Below are positions 54,229 to 64,000 of a stretch of 64,000 bases of DNA, piece after piece. Below the pieces are notes generated by a model. The model made no database searches and was not told the DNA's origin. It saw only the letters and a program-made list of their open reading frames with translations. Origin of the DNA: a virus. The position numbers and the translations under genes were made by a program. Within the stretch, counting starts at the first letter, position 1, and each line of letters starts with the position of its first letter. Location: the IMG/VR virus record IMGVR_UViG_3300043571_000313, positions 9,810-73,809 of that record; one strand, 5' to 3'.

Positions 54229-56115
54229 ATGCGAGCCTTCCTTAATTCCCGTCTGTTTGCCGCCATTGCCCTGGGCGTGGCGTTCCTTGTCGGCCTGACT
54301 ACCTCCCTCAGTGCAGGCATCCAGCCTGCGCTTATGTATGCCGCCGCGACTTATCTCGCCTTTAATGGCGCGGCACTGTTTGCGAGTGCCTTCAACTTCG
54401 ATCATCGCTGGTATAATCTCGCGCCTGCCTGTCTGCCGCGAGTTGTGTCCGTCTCTTCGGCTTGCGGCTGCACACTCACCGCAACCTCGATCAAGGGACT
54501 GACGCCCAATGAAATGGCGTCGCTCGCCAATAAGGAGATCGACCTTGCCCGCGTCATCCTGAATGCCGCAGAGGCGAAGGTTCTTGGCGTGCAGGAGAAC
54601 GGTCTCGCGACTTTCCTGCGGTCCACGATCAAGGACATCAAGCCGAAGCTGAACACCTCGAAGATCGACGAACAGTCGATCATCCTGCCGTACATCCAGC
54701 GCACGCAGCGCTCGTACATCAACGCCAACTACTTCACGATCGAGGCTGGCGTTGCTACGACCGGCGCCGGCACTGGCGTGATCCCGGCTTCGTCCTGGGA
54801 TCTTACGCTTAACCTTGGCGCCTCGTGGCTCAAGACCGACCTCGCGCAGATCGAGCGGTACTTCAAGCCGGGCAACACTCTCATCGTTCTCACTTGGGAT
54901 TCCACTTCTGCAAAGAACGCGAAGACCCTTGTGTTCACCATCACCGCTGCGGTCAACGCGGATGCCGGTGGCACCGCTAAGGCGAAGGTCTCAGTCGTCC
55001 CCAACATCACGGATGTCGGCTTCCTCGCTCTAGCCAACGACGCGGCCGGTCGCGGTCGGTATCGCCCGACCTTCGGCGTCGCCCAGACCGGCGCCAACGA
55101 CATCTCTGACCGTGAGTCTTGGTGCCATGAGCCCCCGGCTGACCTGAGCCGGAAGATCCTCGTCAACTGGATTCAGACCACCCGTACGAGCCGGTGCGTC
55201 GACGAGACCTACCTCCGCATCCTCGATCAGATCATGAAGGGGAAGGTCAACCCCTACCAGCAAGGCTTCGTTTGGTCCCCGCTCGCCGAGCAGAACAAGC
55301 GCAAGGCGATGCTCGAGGAGAACGACTGGATGCGCTCTGTGTTCTTCGGCCAGGCGATCAACGAGAAGCAGACGCCTGAAACCTACGACCAGCTCCCGAC
55401 CATCACCGACGTAGCGGACACGAACTGCCCGCTCGAATACAAGGCCCGCGCGCTCGGGTTCTTCCAGATCCTCACGGACTGCAATCGAGTGGTTGACCTC
55501 AACGGTGGCGCGCTGGACTTGGATTACATTTTCCAGCAGCTCTACTACCTGATGCGCAATCGGCAGGCCGATGGCGACAAGATCTCCGTGATCGACTCGC
55601 TGACCGACCGCTATACCGCCGCGAAGATCTACGACGCGATGAGCCGCTACTACCGCGTACGGTACAACGTCGAGACGGTGCGCCACGCCAAGATCGGCGA
55701 GAAGATCACCCATGAGGGTACGATCATGTTCAACTACAACCTCTACGACATCCCCGAGGTTGGCATCCAGTGGGCCGTGTTCCATGATCCGTTCTTCGAC
55801 GACCACCTCTCGGCCTTCCCGGCCACGGTGAGCGGCGTGAACTTCAAGGCTCGTGGCCGGAACCTCTGGTTTCTGGACTTCTCGGACATGGTCATCGGCA
55901 TCGGCAAAACGATGTCGGTGCGCCGGAAAACGCCGGATGAAGCGACCAACTCGCTTTACAACTGCGTGATCACGGCGAACCACAAGGAGTTCAACCTCCG
56001 CTCGCAGAAGTGGACCGCGATGCTGGATCGCCCGCAGCGCCACCTGATCATCCACAACTTCAGCGACGCCTGCCCAACGGTCACCGCGCAAAGCGACTGC
56101 TCCGCGATCAGCTAA
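54229..56115 (+). CDS. major capsid protein (putative) with hydrophobic N-terminal leader
   Basis: Strong codon bias, position, NWIQTTRTS and EENDWMRSVFFGQ HK97-like backbone pattern. Confidence 0.7.
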   Translation: MRAFLNSRLFAAIALGVAFLVGLTTSLSAGIQPALMYAAATYLAFNGAALFASAFNFDHRWYNLAPACLPRVVSVSSACGCTLTATSIKGLTPNEMASLANKEIDLARVILNAAEAKVLGVQENGLATFLRSTIKDIKPKLNTSKIDEQSIILPYIQRTQRSYINANYFTIEAGVATTGAGTGVIPASSWDLTLNLGASWLKTDLAQIERYFKPGNTLIVLTWDSTSAKNAKTLVFTITAAVNADAGGTAKAKVSVVPNITDVGFLALANDAAGRGRYRPTFGVAQTGANDISDRESWCHEPPADLSRKILVNWIQTTRTSRCVDETYLRILDQIMKGKVNPYQQGFVWSPLAEQNKRKAMLEENDWMRSVFFGQAINEKQTPETYDQLPTITDVADTNCPLEYKARALGFFQILTDCNRVVDLNGGALDLDYIFQQLYYLMRNRQADGDKISVIDSLTDRYTAAKIYDAMSRYYRVRYNVETVRHAKIGEKITHEGTIMFNYNLYDIPEVGIQWAVFHDPFFDDHLSAFPATVSGVNFKARGRNLWFLDFSDMVIGIGKTMSVRRKTPDEATNSLYNCVITANHKEFNLRSQKWTAMLDRPQRHLIIHNFSDACPTVTAQSDCSAIS

Positions 56116-56139
56116 CCCACGGTCTGAGGCCACGCCGAC

Positions 56140-56565
56140 ATGCGCTTCTTCAAGACCTCCAACGCAAGCCGCCAGTACCGCACCGGCGGCTTGCTTGTTA
56201 CTTTCGAACCAGTCGAAAATGTCGGCGGAACCTGGTCCGGGCTGCTGGCGGTGGAGGTTGACTCCATCGCCAGCCAGATCGCGGCGGCCGGCTTCACGCA
56301 GATCACCGAGATCACGGAAGCTGAATACGACGATCTAAAAAAAAAGCCAGCGACGCCCAACTCCTCATTTCGCGACTCAGCGCCCCGAGCCCCAACATCC
56401 AGCCCGCAGCTAACCGTTGCGGATCGTGCGGCTCCGGTCCCTACATCCTCAAGCAGTAAATCGCCAACGCCCGCGAAGCCCACGGCCACGCTCACGACCG
56501 GAGCGATCGACGTTCCTGATGAGCTGGCTACGATGGCGCCCGCCGGCAAGCCCCGCCGCCGGTGA
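56140..56565 (+). CDS. hypothetical virion protein
   Basis: Immediately after the capsid gene. Confidence 0.55.
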   Translation: MRFFKTSNASRQYRTGGLLVTFEPVENVGGTWSGLLAVEVDSIASQIAAAGFTQITEITEAEYDDLKKKPATPNSSFRDSAPRAPTSSPQLTVADRAAPVPTSSSSKSPTPAKPTATLTTGAIDVPDELATMAPAGKPRRR

Positions 56566-57200
56566 CATGGAGAGACTTTAAGGATCTGGTGCTCTCGTTT
56601 ATGCCTGTGCATAGTCGCAGGGAGGGCATTCGCGTGTTGATCAATCAGTACATTAGAGCTGCCGTAGCTGACTTGCAGTTAGTTATACCAGCCATTCAGC
56701 CTAAGACGACGAGAGTTTTGACCCCAGCACACTTTGTGGCGAGTGGCCTAGCTGCGCGCGCAAGGCTCCCGGCTGGCGTAACTATCAACGACGTTTTCTC
56801 AAGGGATTCAGATGAGCCTGCTGCGCGCATAGAGCACCGCGTTGCAGATTCTCCGTCGGAGCTATATCTAATCCTAAATGCTGTACCGCATGAAGGCATT
56901 AGATGGGTCCACTTTGATGCGCCTCTAGGTGTCCTCACTGTCGCACCAAGCCCGATAGAATCTAACTATGAGGTCGTGGTTTCCTGGCATGGTGGAGTAG
57001 GTTCGTACGATGACAGCGATGACGTACCGTTCACCGAAAGGCATGCGGAAGCAGTGTCCGAGTTTGTGCTTTCTCGGCTTGCTCGATCCGTAGAAAAAGA
57101 CTTGGCCCTGTCGCAAAGTCACGAGGGAAGCTATCGCTGGCTCAAAAGACTGATCTATCTCAGGCACAAAGAGGAGGCGGTTCTCCCTGATCAAAGATGA
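56562..57200 (+). CDS. head-tail adaptor (putative), atypical codon usage
   Basis: MTWRDFKDLV...YIRAAVADL, DDVPF..HAEAV; position. Confidence 0.55.
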   Translation: MTWRDFKDLVLSFMPVHSRREGIRVLINQYIRAAVADLQLVIPAIQPKTTRVLTPAHFVASGLAARARLPAGVTINDVFSRDSDEPAARIEHRVADSPSELYLILNAVPHEGIRWVHFDAPLGVLTVAPSPIESNYEVVVSWHGGVGSYDDSDDVPFTERHAEAVSEFVLSRLARSVEKDLALSQSHEGSYRWLKRLIYLRHKEEAVLPDQR

Positions 57201-57556
57201 TCATCCCGCGCTTCAATTTCAACCGGCTCGTCATCGGCGACACCATCTTGCTTGCCGTTGCCGTCAAGCGCGACGGAGCTCCCCTCACCCTGACGGGCAG
57301 CACGGTGTTTTTCACTGTCAAGGATTCGGCGGATCAGTCCGACGATGATGCGTATTTGGCCTACAAGACCGGCGACGGTATCACTCAGTCGGGGTCAACC
57401 GCCGAGGTTCACGTCCCGTTCGGCGTCACTGATGAATGGCCAACCGACGTGGATTTGGTGGCAGACATCCAAGTTCTTACCGCGACCGGCGAGCTGTTTA
57501 CAGCTGCGATAGGCACCCTTCGATTCCGCCAGCACGTAACCCGTCGAACCTCATGA
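57197..57556 (+). CDS. BppU-like structural protein
   Basis: GDT..L....PLTLTGSTVFFTVK...DIQV pattern. Confidence 0.55.
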   Translation: MIIPRFNFNRLVIGDTILLAVAVKRDGAPLTLTGSTVFFTVKDSADQSDDDAYLAYKTGDGITQSGSTAEVHVPFGVTDEWPTDVDLVADIQVLTATGELFTAAIGTLRFRQHVTRRTS

Positions 57557-57702
57557 TCACCGCGATAGTCACTCTTGAGTCGCCAATTTCCGCTTCACTG
57601 AAAGTTCAGAGCGACCGCGACCTCACTCCTCCCGGCCTGTTCGCATTCGACGGCCGCCCGCTGCTCACTTTCCGCAACGCCCAAATCGCCGCCTTCGAAT
57701 GA
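57553..57702 (+). CDS. hypothetical protein
   Basis: ATGA-coupled on both sides. Confidence 0.45.
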   Translation: MITAIVTLESPISASLKVQSDRDLTPPGLFAFDGRPLLTFRNAQIAAFE

Positions 57703-57971
57703 AACTCGACGCCTTCACCAACCGAGGGACTTTCGTGAATGGCGACCGACTTGTCGGTCATCGCGGAACTACGCCCGGCAGCGAGAGCTCTTGGACAAAG
57801 GAAGTCATTCTCGCGTCGATCAACTCGCTCACGAAAGTGACCTTCCCCGCGAACAGCGCCGCGTCCGGCGCGCTCGGCCAGATCGCGTACTCGAACGGCG
57901 TACTCGCCATCTTCGTCGGCGAGCCAAGCGGCCCGAACTGGGTTTTCTTAAACGTGTTCGAACGTGACTGA
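57699..57971 (+). CDS. small tail-associated protein
   Basis: PANSAASGALGQIAY motif seen in tail fibres. Confidence 0.5.
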   Translation: MKLDAFTNRGTFVNGDRLVGHRGTTPGSESSWTKEVILASINSLTKVTFPANSAASGALGQIAYSNGVLAIFVGEPSGPNWVFLNVFERD

Positions 57972-57985
57972 GCACGACCATCACT

Positions 57986-58240
57986 ATGCCGAAATCACCT
58001 GCATGGCAGCGATCTGAAGGGAAAGACCCGAAGGGCGGCCTCAATGCCAGGGGCCGCGCAGCTTACAACCGCGCGAATCCCGGGAAGCCCGGCCTCAAGC
58101 CGCCGCAACCCGAGGGTGGGCCGCGCCGCGACTCGTTTTGCGCCCGGATGGAAGGAATGAAAAAGAAGCTCACCAGCGCAAAGACGGCGCGCGACCCGAA
58201 CAGCCGCATCAACTTGTCGCTCCGTGCATGGAAATGTTAA
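57986..58240 (+). CDS. DUF6321-like conserved phage protein
   Basis: AWQRSEGKDPKGGLN...SFCARM...DPNSRINLSLRAWKC. Confidence 0.8.
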   Translation: MPKSPAWQRSEGKDPKGGLNARGRAAYNRANPGKPGLKPPQPEGGPRRDSFCARMEGMKKKLTSAKTARDPNSRINLSLRAWKC

Positions 58241-58241
58241 A

Positions 58242-60653
58242 ATGAAACTGATCTCCACACTTCTCCTCGTTGCTCTCTCTGCCGCAACCGCGCACGCCGC
58301 CGCTTGGGATCTGCGCATGATCCAGTACGACGCGAGCAACCGCTCGCGCGAGGTTGTCATCGCGCCAGCACCGAACAGCCTGCTCGGATTCAGCGGCACC
58401 AAGGGCCTAGTCAACATCACGGCGGGCGCGAACATCACGATCTCTGGGAATCAGATTTCGGCGACGGGCGGCGGCGGCGGCGGCGACGTCCCCTCAACCC
58501 GGACCATTTCGACGACGGCACCCTTGCAAGGCGGCGGCGATTTGTCGGCAAACCGAACCATCTCTCTCGCAAATACGGCAGTCACGCCTGGCGCTTACAC
58601 CAACGCGAACATTACCGTGGACGCGCAAGGGCGGATCACGCTGGCGGCGAATGGAGTCGGCGGCGGCGGGATTGGTGGCAACTTCACGGCTGTCGGGAAT
58701 ATCCTGTCGTCGTCGGGAAACCTGACCCTCCAGAGCGCCAATGCTCAGAATATCGTCCTATCCCCAACCGGCGCATCTGAGACACGGGTTGTGGGGACGG
58801 CAAACGTAACGGGCGACCTTCTTGTGGGCGGCGCAGCCAGCTTTGCCACCGTCAACGCAACTGCGGTAAGCATCGGCAACATCACGGGCGCAACCGATGA
58901 CTACATGATCCTTATCGGCAATGCCTCAACCACGCGATTCAACAAAGGTGTACTTAACGTCGGGGCAAACATGACCCGAACGAAGGTCGGGAACACCGTC
59001 ACGCTGGATTCCATATCAGGTGGCGGCGGATCGGTCCCAAACGGAATGGCGCTGTTGTGGCCCACGGCGGATCTTGGCTCAGTCACCGCCGGATTCTTCG
59101 CGTCGGGCGAATACGGCACGTCCGGCCCCGACACGCTTGGCTCCCGAACTGTGGTCGTGAAGTCGTTGGGCACGGTGGTGACTCCAAGTGCAAGCCCACC
59201 CCCGGGACAAGTTTTGTCTGGCACGGTCGTCAACTTCAGTTCGGGAACGCCAAGTCTGACCAACTTCCGCTCCACCACGAATGGCACGGACCCGAGCTAC
59301 ACCGTCGGCACGGCGGGGAACAGTGTAACGGTCATCGCCAACACCACCATCGAAGTAGTCGCCAACAAGCAGGGATGGATTACGTCACCCGTGGGTTCGT
59401 TCGCGTACACTATCGACTCCATCCCGACGCTTTCTTCGGCTGTGCTCCAAGGGAGCGGCACGGGCATCTTGCTCGGCTGGCCTGAGAACGTCAGCTATGG
59501 CGCGGGCGGCACGGGCGGCTACGCTTTGACCGCTTCCGGCGGCGCCGTCACGGTAACTGGCGTTTCAGGCACGGGCACGAATAGCCACACGCTCACGGCT
59601 AATCGCACGATCACGAATGACGAGACGGTTACGCTCGCCTATACTCAGCCGGGCAACGGCGCGGAAGACTCGGCATTGCAGGACGTGGTGACGTTCAGTG
59701 GCTTCTCGGTCAACGTGGCAGGTGGGCCGGCTCCGGGTGGCGGCGGAACTGAATTTGTCACCGCGTCCACGCTCGGAACGGCGCGGACGGATGGCGGCAA
59801 CTACTACACGGGCTTTAGGTTCACCGTTGGTAATACCAATATCAAGGTGACCGATCTGGGCAGATACACAATTACGGGCTCTACCCAGACGCACCAGATT
59901 TACCTCGCGGGCCTAACAGGAGCGTCGGTAGCGGACGCAAATATAAACACGACAGGCGTTACGTCGAACGGGTTTAAATTTGTGCCTATAACGCCGAGGA
60001 CGCTGCTTGCCAATTCAACGTACTGGCTGCTGGTGCAGGAGTTCACCGGGGGTGATACGTTCTACGGTGACAACACTGCGGTCACGACGACCGGCGTAGC
60101 CTCCGTATCTAACAGTGCGTACGTCTTCCCCTTTGGCGCAACTCCTACAGTCAATGGGGGCGCAAACCTCTCTTACGGTCCCGTGACATTCAAGTATGTT
60201 TCGTCAAGCGGCTCATGGAGCTACGTTGGGGAAACTGGGTTTGACTTGGTTGATTCCAACCTAACGCCGACCAATATCGTTTGGCAGGATATAACGCTGG
60301 GAACCGGCAACGCCACGCATCTCGGAGTACATATCGCTGCGGTCAGCTTTCCCGGCACAATTCGGCTTATCCTCTATAGCAACGGTGGTACGAAATTGGT
60401 TGAAGGGCTCAGTCCCACAATCAGCACGACGGGCTGGCACAACATCCCAATCACGGCAACTGCTGTAACAGCAGGAACGTACAAGATCGCATACATTGGC
60501 ACAGACAATGATGCGCTTGACGTGTCTATTCTAACGGCAAGCGGCACTTTGTATTACGGGCCTGCAACTCCATTTACCGCGCCTTCGACCCTCCCTTCTC
60601 CGGGCGGCAATACGACCAGCAGAAGGATCGGGACTCGGGTATGGGTTGAATGA
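58242..60653 (+). CDS. tail-fibre-like protein with Sec-type signal peptide
   Basis: MKLISTLLLVALSAATAHA; LQGGGDLSANRT and TPGAYTNANITVDAQGRIT fibre motifs; Fn3-associated and SwmB-like beta domains. Confidence 0.7.
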   Translation: MKLISTLLLVALSAATAHAAAWDLRMIQYDASNRSREVVIAPAPNSLLGFSGTKGLVNITAGANITISGNQISATGGGGGGDVPSTRTISTTAPLQGGGDLSANRTISLANTAVTPGAYTNANITVDAQGRITLAANGVGGGGIGGNFTAVGNILSSSGNLTLQSANAQNIVLSPTGASETRVVGTANVTGDLLVGGAASFATVNATAVSIGNITGATDDYMILIGNASTTRFNKGVLNVGANMTRTKVGNTVTLDSISGGGGSVPNGMALLWPTADLGSVTAGFFASGEYGTSGPDTLGSRTVVVKSLGTVVTPSASPPPGQVLSGTVVNFSSGTPSLTNFRSTTNGTDPSYTVGTAGNSVTVIANTTIEVVANKQGWITSPVGSFAYTIDSIPTLSSAVLQGSGTGILLGWPENVSYGAGGTGGYALTASGGAVTVTGVSGTGTNSHTLTANRTITNDETVTLAYTQPGNGAEDSALQDVVTFSGFSVNVAGGPAPGGGGTEFVTASTLGTARTDGGNYYTGFRFTVGNTNIKVTDLGRYTITGSTQTHQIYLAGLTGASVADANINTTGVTSNGFKFVPITPRTLLANSTYWLLVQEFTGGDTFYGDNTAVTTTGVASVSNSAYVFPFGATPTVNGGANLSYGPVTFKYVSSSGSWSYVGETGFDLVDSNLTPTNIVWQDITLGTGNATHLGVHIAAVSFPGTIRLILYSNGGTKLVEGLSPTISTTGWHNIPITATAVTAGTYKIAYIGTDNDALDVSILTASGTLYYGPATPFTAPSTLPSPGGNTTSRRIGTRVWVE

Positions 60654-60670
60654 GCTACTTCGCTACCAAG

Positions 60671-63600
60671 ATGAAAATCAAATCTCTACTCTCTTTCGCG
60701 AGCCTTCTCTTCTCGGCCTCCCTCTTGATCGCTGCGCCCTATGCGCCGGGATCGCGCAAGCCACTTCCGGCGGCGTGGGTGCCAAACACGGCGGGGGGAA
60801 CTGGAGTCACCGGCGGAATCCCAACGCGCACAGTAGGAGTCACGTTGTATCCAAGCGGGAATACCGACGATAGAGCGGCTGACATCTATGCGGCTGTCGC
60901 TGCTGCCGGTTCAGGTCAGGCAATCCGCCTATCAGCCGGAACGTATTACGTTTCAGGACTCAACTTAGGCACCAGCCTGAACAACAAGACGATCAAAGGT
61001 GACGGTGGAGAGTCGACTCGCATCATTCTTACAGGCCCAAGCGGATTTTCGGTGCGTGGCGCTGAATTTTACGGAGCGGAGTATTCTCCTGGCGACTACG
61101 GTAATGTTGTGAGTGGTGTCAGCCGCGGATCGACGACCGTTGTTGTGGACAACGCAGCTACATTTACCGTTGGCAGGATGATTCGGTTCACCGTCAGAAA
61201 CGACAACACCCTGCCGACGATGTCGGTTCAGGGTTACGATCTGCTGAAGGGCCAAAATGTGATCTGCACCGCCGTCAATACCGCGACCAACCAAGTGACT
61301 TTTTCTCCTGCATTGTATCAGAATTACACCACCTACGTTGGCGGCACGCCTTTACAAATGAAGTGGGCGCTGACTAATCGCAACATTCCCGAAGTCAGCT
61401 ACGCAGGCGTCGAAGACATTTTTATCGAAGTCGCTGCGGCTACACCCCAGAAGGTGTTTCAACTGATTGGGGCCACTAATTCCTGGCTGAAGGGAATCAC
61501 GATACGGAATATCCAGAATTACGGCATCTCCATCGGAGACAGCGCCAAGGTCCAGGTTCTCGGTTGCCGACTCGATACGATGAAGGGCAACTGGATTTCG
61601 CCAAACCACGCAGGTCTGGAGATGGGCGCATGTTCTGCCATGCTCATCGAGAATAACACAATCAACCGCTGCTTTCCGGCATTCGAGATTCAGGGAAGCT
61701 ACTTTTCCGGGTCGGTCGTTGCTTACAACTTCTTTTATGATTCGGGGTCGAATGAGGCTGGGTATCCCTATGTCAATTTTAACGCATCTCACGGGGCCGG
61801 AACATTTGGTAACCTTTATGAAGGAAATGTAGCCCCAGGAATCGTTTTTGACAGCTACTTTGGCGGATCGGACGCGGAAACGATATACCGCAATATGTTT
61901 CACGCCACCGGCCCCAAATCTGTAGAGGCAGCGTTTTCATTTGTTGCCGGTCGATTCAGCCGCGACCACGAATTTGTAGGCAACGTTAACGGTGACATCA
62001 GATTTGTCGGCGGGAACGATGGCGTCGCGCTCGGCAATGCCTCCGCGTTTGGCGCTGGAAACTTGGGCGAAGCGAACAACCTGGCTGGCGATCCTCAGGT
62101 TGACCTTCTGCTCACTGGCACGGTGACTCGCATCAGCGATTCGCTGGCTACGGTACTGCTCCCATCGCTCGGGCAAATGGAACTAAACCAATGGCCAATC
62201 ACGATGACGTGGGAAGCGCAAACCGTTGGAGGAACTCCCGTCCTTGAGGGCCGAAGAAATTGGCTGCACGTTCTCGGGCTCAACCAGTCCACTTTGGTTG
62301 CGACAGTTGGTGATGGTCCTGGGAATAACCAGACCACCCTGATCCCTCCAACAGGCACCACCGTGCGACTGTGGACCGGCGCAAACGGCTATCGCGAACT
62401 GGATCTTGCGGTCGCCGCTACTACCCTGAGATTGGGAAACAACTATGTGTTCCACGGAGGTATTCCGTCGGCCGAGGCGCTTGGCACGACTACTCTGCCC
62501 AATTCCCTGTATCTGGCATCTGCGCCTTCTTTTCTATCGGGCTACACGTTTCCGCCATTTAACCCGACAGCCGCGACTCCGAATCGTTCGTTCTCCGCGA
62601 TTCCTGCTGGTGCTTTGTGGGTCAACACGGAGCCTTCACGCATCATTTCGGCTTACGTCACGCCGCTGGGCAATCGGCTCAAGCTCACGATGAGCGAAGC
62701 GACCCCTGTTGGCGCGGGTGGCGGCGACGGGCTTTCATTTGCAAGCAACCCATCAGGCGGGGCCGTGACGCTTACATTCAACGCAGGCGAGTCCACTTCA
62801 ACGGAGAAAGTTTATACGAGCAGCAGAACAATCTACGACAACGAGACTCTACCAGAACTTATCTACATGCAGCCCGGCAACGGGCTGGAAGACGCATCTG
62901 GAAACGACGTATATTCAACGTGGGGAATTCAGGTAAATAGCCTCTCGGATGCCACGACAGGCGGTGAGTGGATTTCTTCGGCGGCTGTAGCAGATGTCAC
63001 GGGTGGGACTGTCACCTACGGCGCCTACAAGGCTTACCGCAGCCGCGTGACGCTTGCCACGGGGCGTTCCATTAACCGCTTTCGCATCTACACCACCGGC
63101 CATTTGTACGACGCCAACGAGCAGATCGCAGTTCACAACAGCGCCGGGGTGCTCGTAGCTCGTGGGACCGCGACCGCCTCGGCGTCGCTTACTCCCCACT
63201 ACATTTACGGAAATCTGCCAGAGACTTATCTCCCGGCGGGCAACTATTGGCTTTCCATTCACCACACCAGTAACGGCGGGAGCCAAGAGCTTCAGCTACC
63301 TTACAAGACGGGAACAGGAATTGGCGTCGGGTGGTTTACGGAAAACCCTCCCTTGTGGCCTGCAACTATCACGGGAAATCTGAACCTCGCTACTACTGTG
63401 TACGACAACAACGGAGGCTTTGCGTTTGCCATTCGGGCCTTGGATGACGGAAGCGTAGTCTTCGCTCCGCAGTTCTCGCCATCTCCAGGCACCTACGCAT
63501 CGGCGCAGACGGTCACGATCACGTCTGGCACGCCCCCGACCGTGACTTTTTACTACACCATCGACGGGTCCGATCCGACTCCAAGTAGCACGCTCTACAC

Positions 63601-64000
63601 TGGGCCGGTCCTTTTGCCCGGTACTACGACCGTGCTGAAGGCTATCGGCGTGAAAGCCGGACTTGCCACGAGTTCCGTGACCAGCGGGACGTACACGATT
63701 AGCGCCCCTCCGACGGCGCCCGCCGCGCCCACCGCTCTTGTGGCAAACGCTGCGAGTTCGACGCAGATCAACCTGACATGGACCGATAACTCAAGCAACG
63801 AGACCGGCTTTCGCATTGAGCGTAAAATTGGAGCGGGGACATGGGGAGCAATAACGACCGTGGCGGTAAACGTTACGAACTACAGCAACATCGAACTCAC
63901 ACCCGCCACGACATACGACTACCGCGTGTACGCCGTGAATGGCGTAGGTGACTCGACGGTAAGCAACACCGCGACGGCTACAACCCCTGCGGGCGGTGGA
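60671..64000 (+). CDS. pectate-lyase-like beta-helix/Fn3 protein with signal peptide (depolymerase/tailspike-like; runs off the window)
   Basis: Absent from the ORF track, consistent with no stop before the window end; frame checked at the start, several internal points and the end. MKIKSLLSFASLLFSASLLIA; IYAAVAAAGSGQAIRLSAGTY; YYTIDGSDPT; Fn3 LTWTDNSSNETGFRIER...YRVYAVN. Confidence 0.8.
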   Translation, partial: MKIKSLLSFASLLFSASLLIAAPYAPGSRKPLPAAWVPNTAGGTGVTGGIPTRTVGVTLYPSGNTDDRAADIYAAVAAAGSGQAIRLSAGTYYVSGLNLGTSLNNKTIKGDGGESTRIILTGPSGFSVRGAEFYGAEYSPGDYGNVVSGVSRGSTTVVVDNAATFTVGRMIRFTVRNDNTLPTMSVQGYDLLKGQNVICTAVNTATNQVTFSPALYQNYTTYVGGTPLQMKWALTNRNIPEVSYAGVEDIFIEVAAATPQKVFQLIGATNSWLKGITIRNIQNYGISIGDSAKVQVLGCRLDTMKGNWISPNHAGLEMGACSAMLIENNTINRCFPAFEIQGSYFSGSVVAYNFFYDSGSNEAGYPYVNFNASHGAGTFGNLYEGNVAPGIVFDSYFGGSDAETIYRNMFHATGPKSVEAAFSFVAGRFSRDHEFVGNVNGDIRFVGGNDGVALGNASAFGAGNLGEANNLAGDPQVDLLLTGTVTRISDSLATVLLPSLGQMELNQWPITMTWEAQTVGGTPVLEGRRNWLHVLGLNQSTLVATVGDGPGNNQTTLIPPTGTTVRLWTGANGYRELDLAVAATTLRLGNNYVFHGGIPSAEALGTTTLPNSLYLASAPSFLSGYTFPPFNPTAATPNRSFSAIPAGALWVNTEPSRIISAYVTPLGNRLKLTMSEATPVGAGGGDGLSFASNPSGGAVTLTFNAGESTSTEKVYTSSRTIYDNETLPELIYMQPGNGLEDASGNDVYSTWGIQVNSLSDATTGGEWISSAAVADVTGGTVTYGAYKAYRSRVTLATGRSINRFRIYTTGHLYDANEQIAVHNSAGVLVARGTATASASLTPHYIYGNLPETYLPAGNYWLSIHHTSNGGSQELQLPYKTGTGIGVGWFTENPPLWPATITGNLNLATTVYDNNGGFAFAIRALDDGSVVFAPQFSPSPGTYASAQTVTITSGTPPTVTFYYTIDGSDPTPSSTLYTGPVLLPGTTTVLKAIGVKAGLATSSVTSGTYTISAPPTAPAAPTALVANAASSTQINLTWTDNSSNETGFRIERKIGAGTWGAITTVAVNVTNYSNIELTPATTYDYRVYAVNGVGDSTVSNTATATTPAGGG

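Noticed and set aside
1-64000. Prophage boundaries, tRNAs, lysis genes, diversity-generating retroelement
   Set aside because: No host genes, cloverleaf, recognisable endolysin/holin or reverse transcriptase seen by eye; they may lie outside the window

Overview
The window is a host-gene-free segment of a GC-rich tailed dsDNA phage, probably podovirus-like: it has internal virion/ejection proteins, and no tape measure or sheath is seen. The SSB and DnaB N-terminus look Verrucomicrobia (Opitutae)-like, which is inference from recalled family resemblance. Layout: virion/ejection genes with an embedded ssb and a 3064-aa polyvalent protein (1-14.2 kb, +). A leftward early/accessory arm follows (14.2-33 kb, -), with a tyrosine recombinase, MTase-SNF2 helicase, C5 MTase, PAPS-reductase-like gene and many small ORFs. 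Next come a non-coding terminus/origin region with an iteron-like inverted-repeat array (33-34.2 kb) and replication/recombination genes (35.7-45 kb, -). A divergent HTH pair then leads into packaging, capsid and tail genes (45-64 kb, +). Main unexpected observations: (1) three canonical-looking integron attC sites lie directly upstream of a non-IntI tyrosine recombinase. Their cassette ORFs run antisense, start and stop inside the attC hairpins and all read the crossover in the same frame, suggesting a frame-preserving phage gene-shuffling array. (2) A type I hammerhead ribozyme has its exact cleavage-site strand duplicated 770 nt upstream, which could release and circularise one early mRNA. 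(3) There is a second highly structured intergenic RNA candidate. (4) A CATTTT-N7-AAAA operator-like motif recurs at four control points. (5) Tail-fibre/depolymerase-like proteins carry signal peptides. Product calls rest on motif recognition only; no searches were run.
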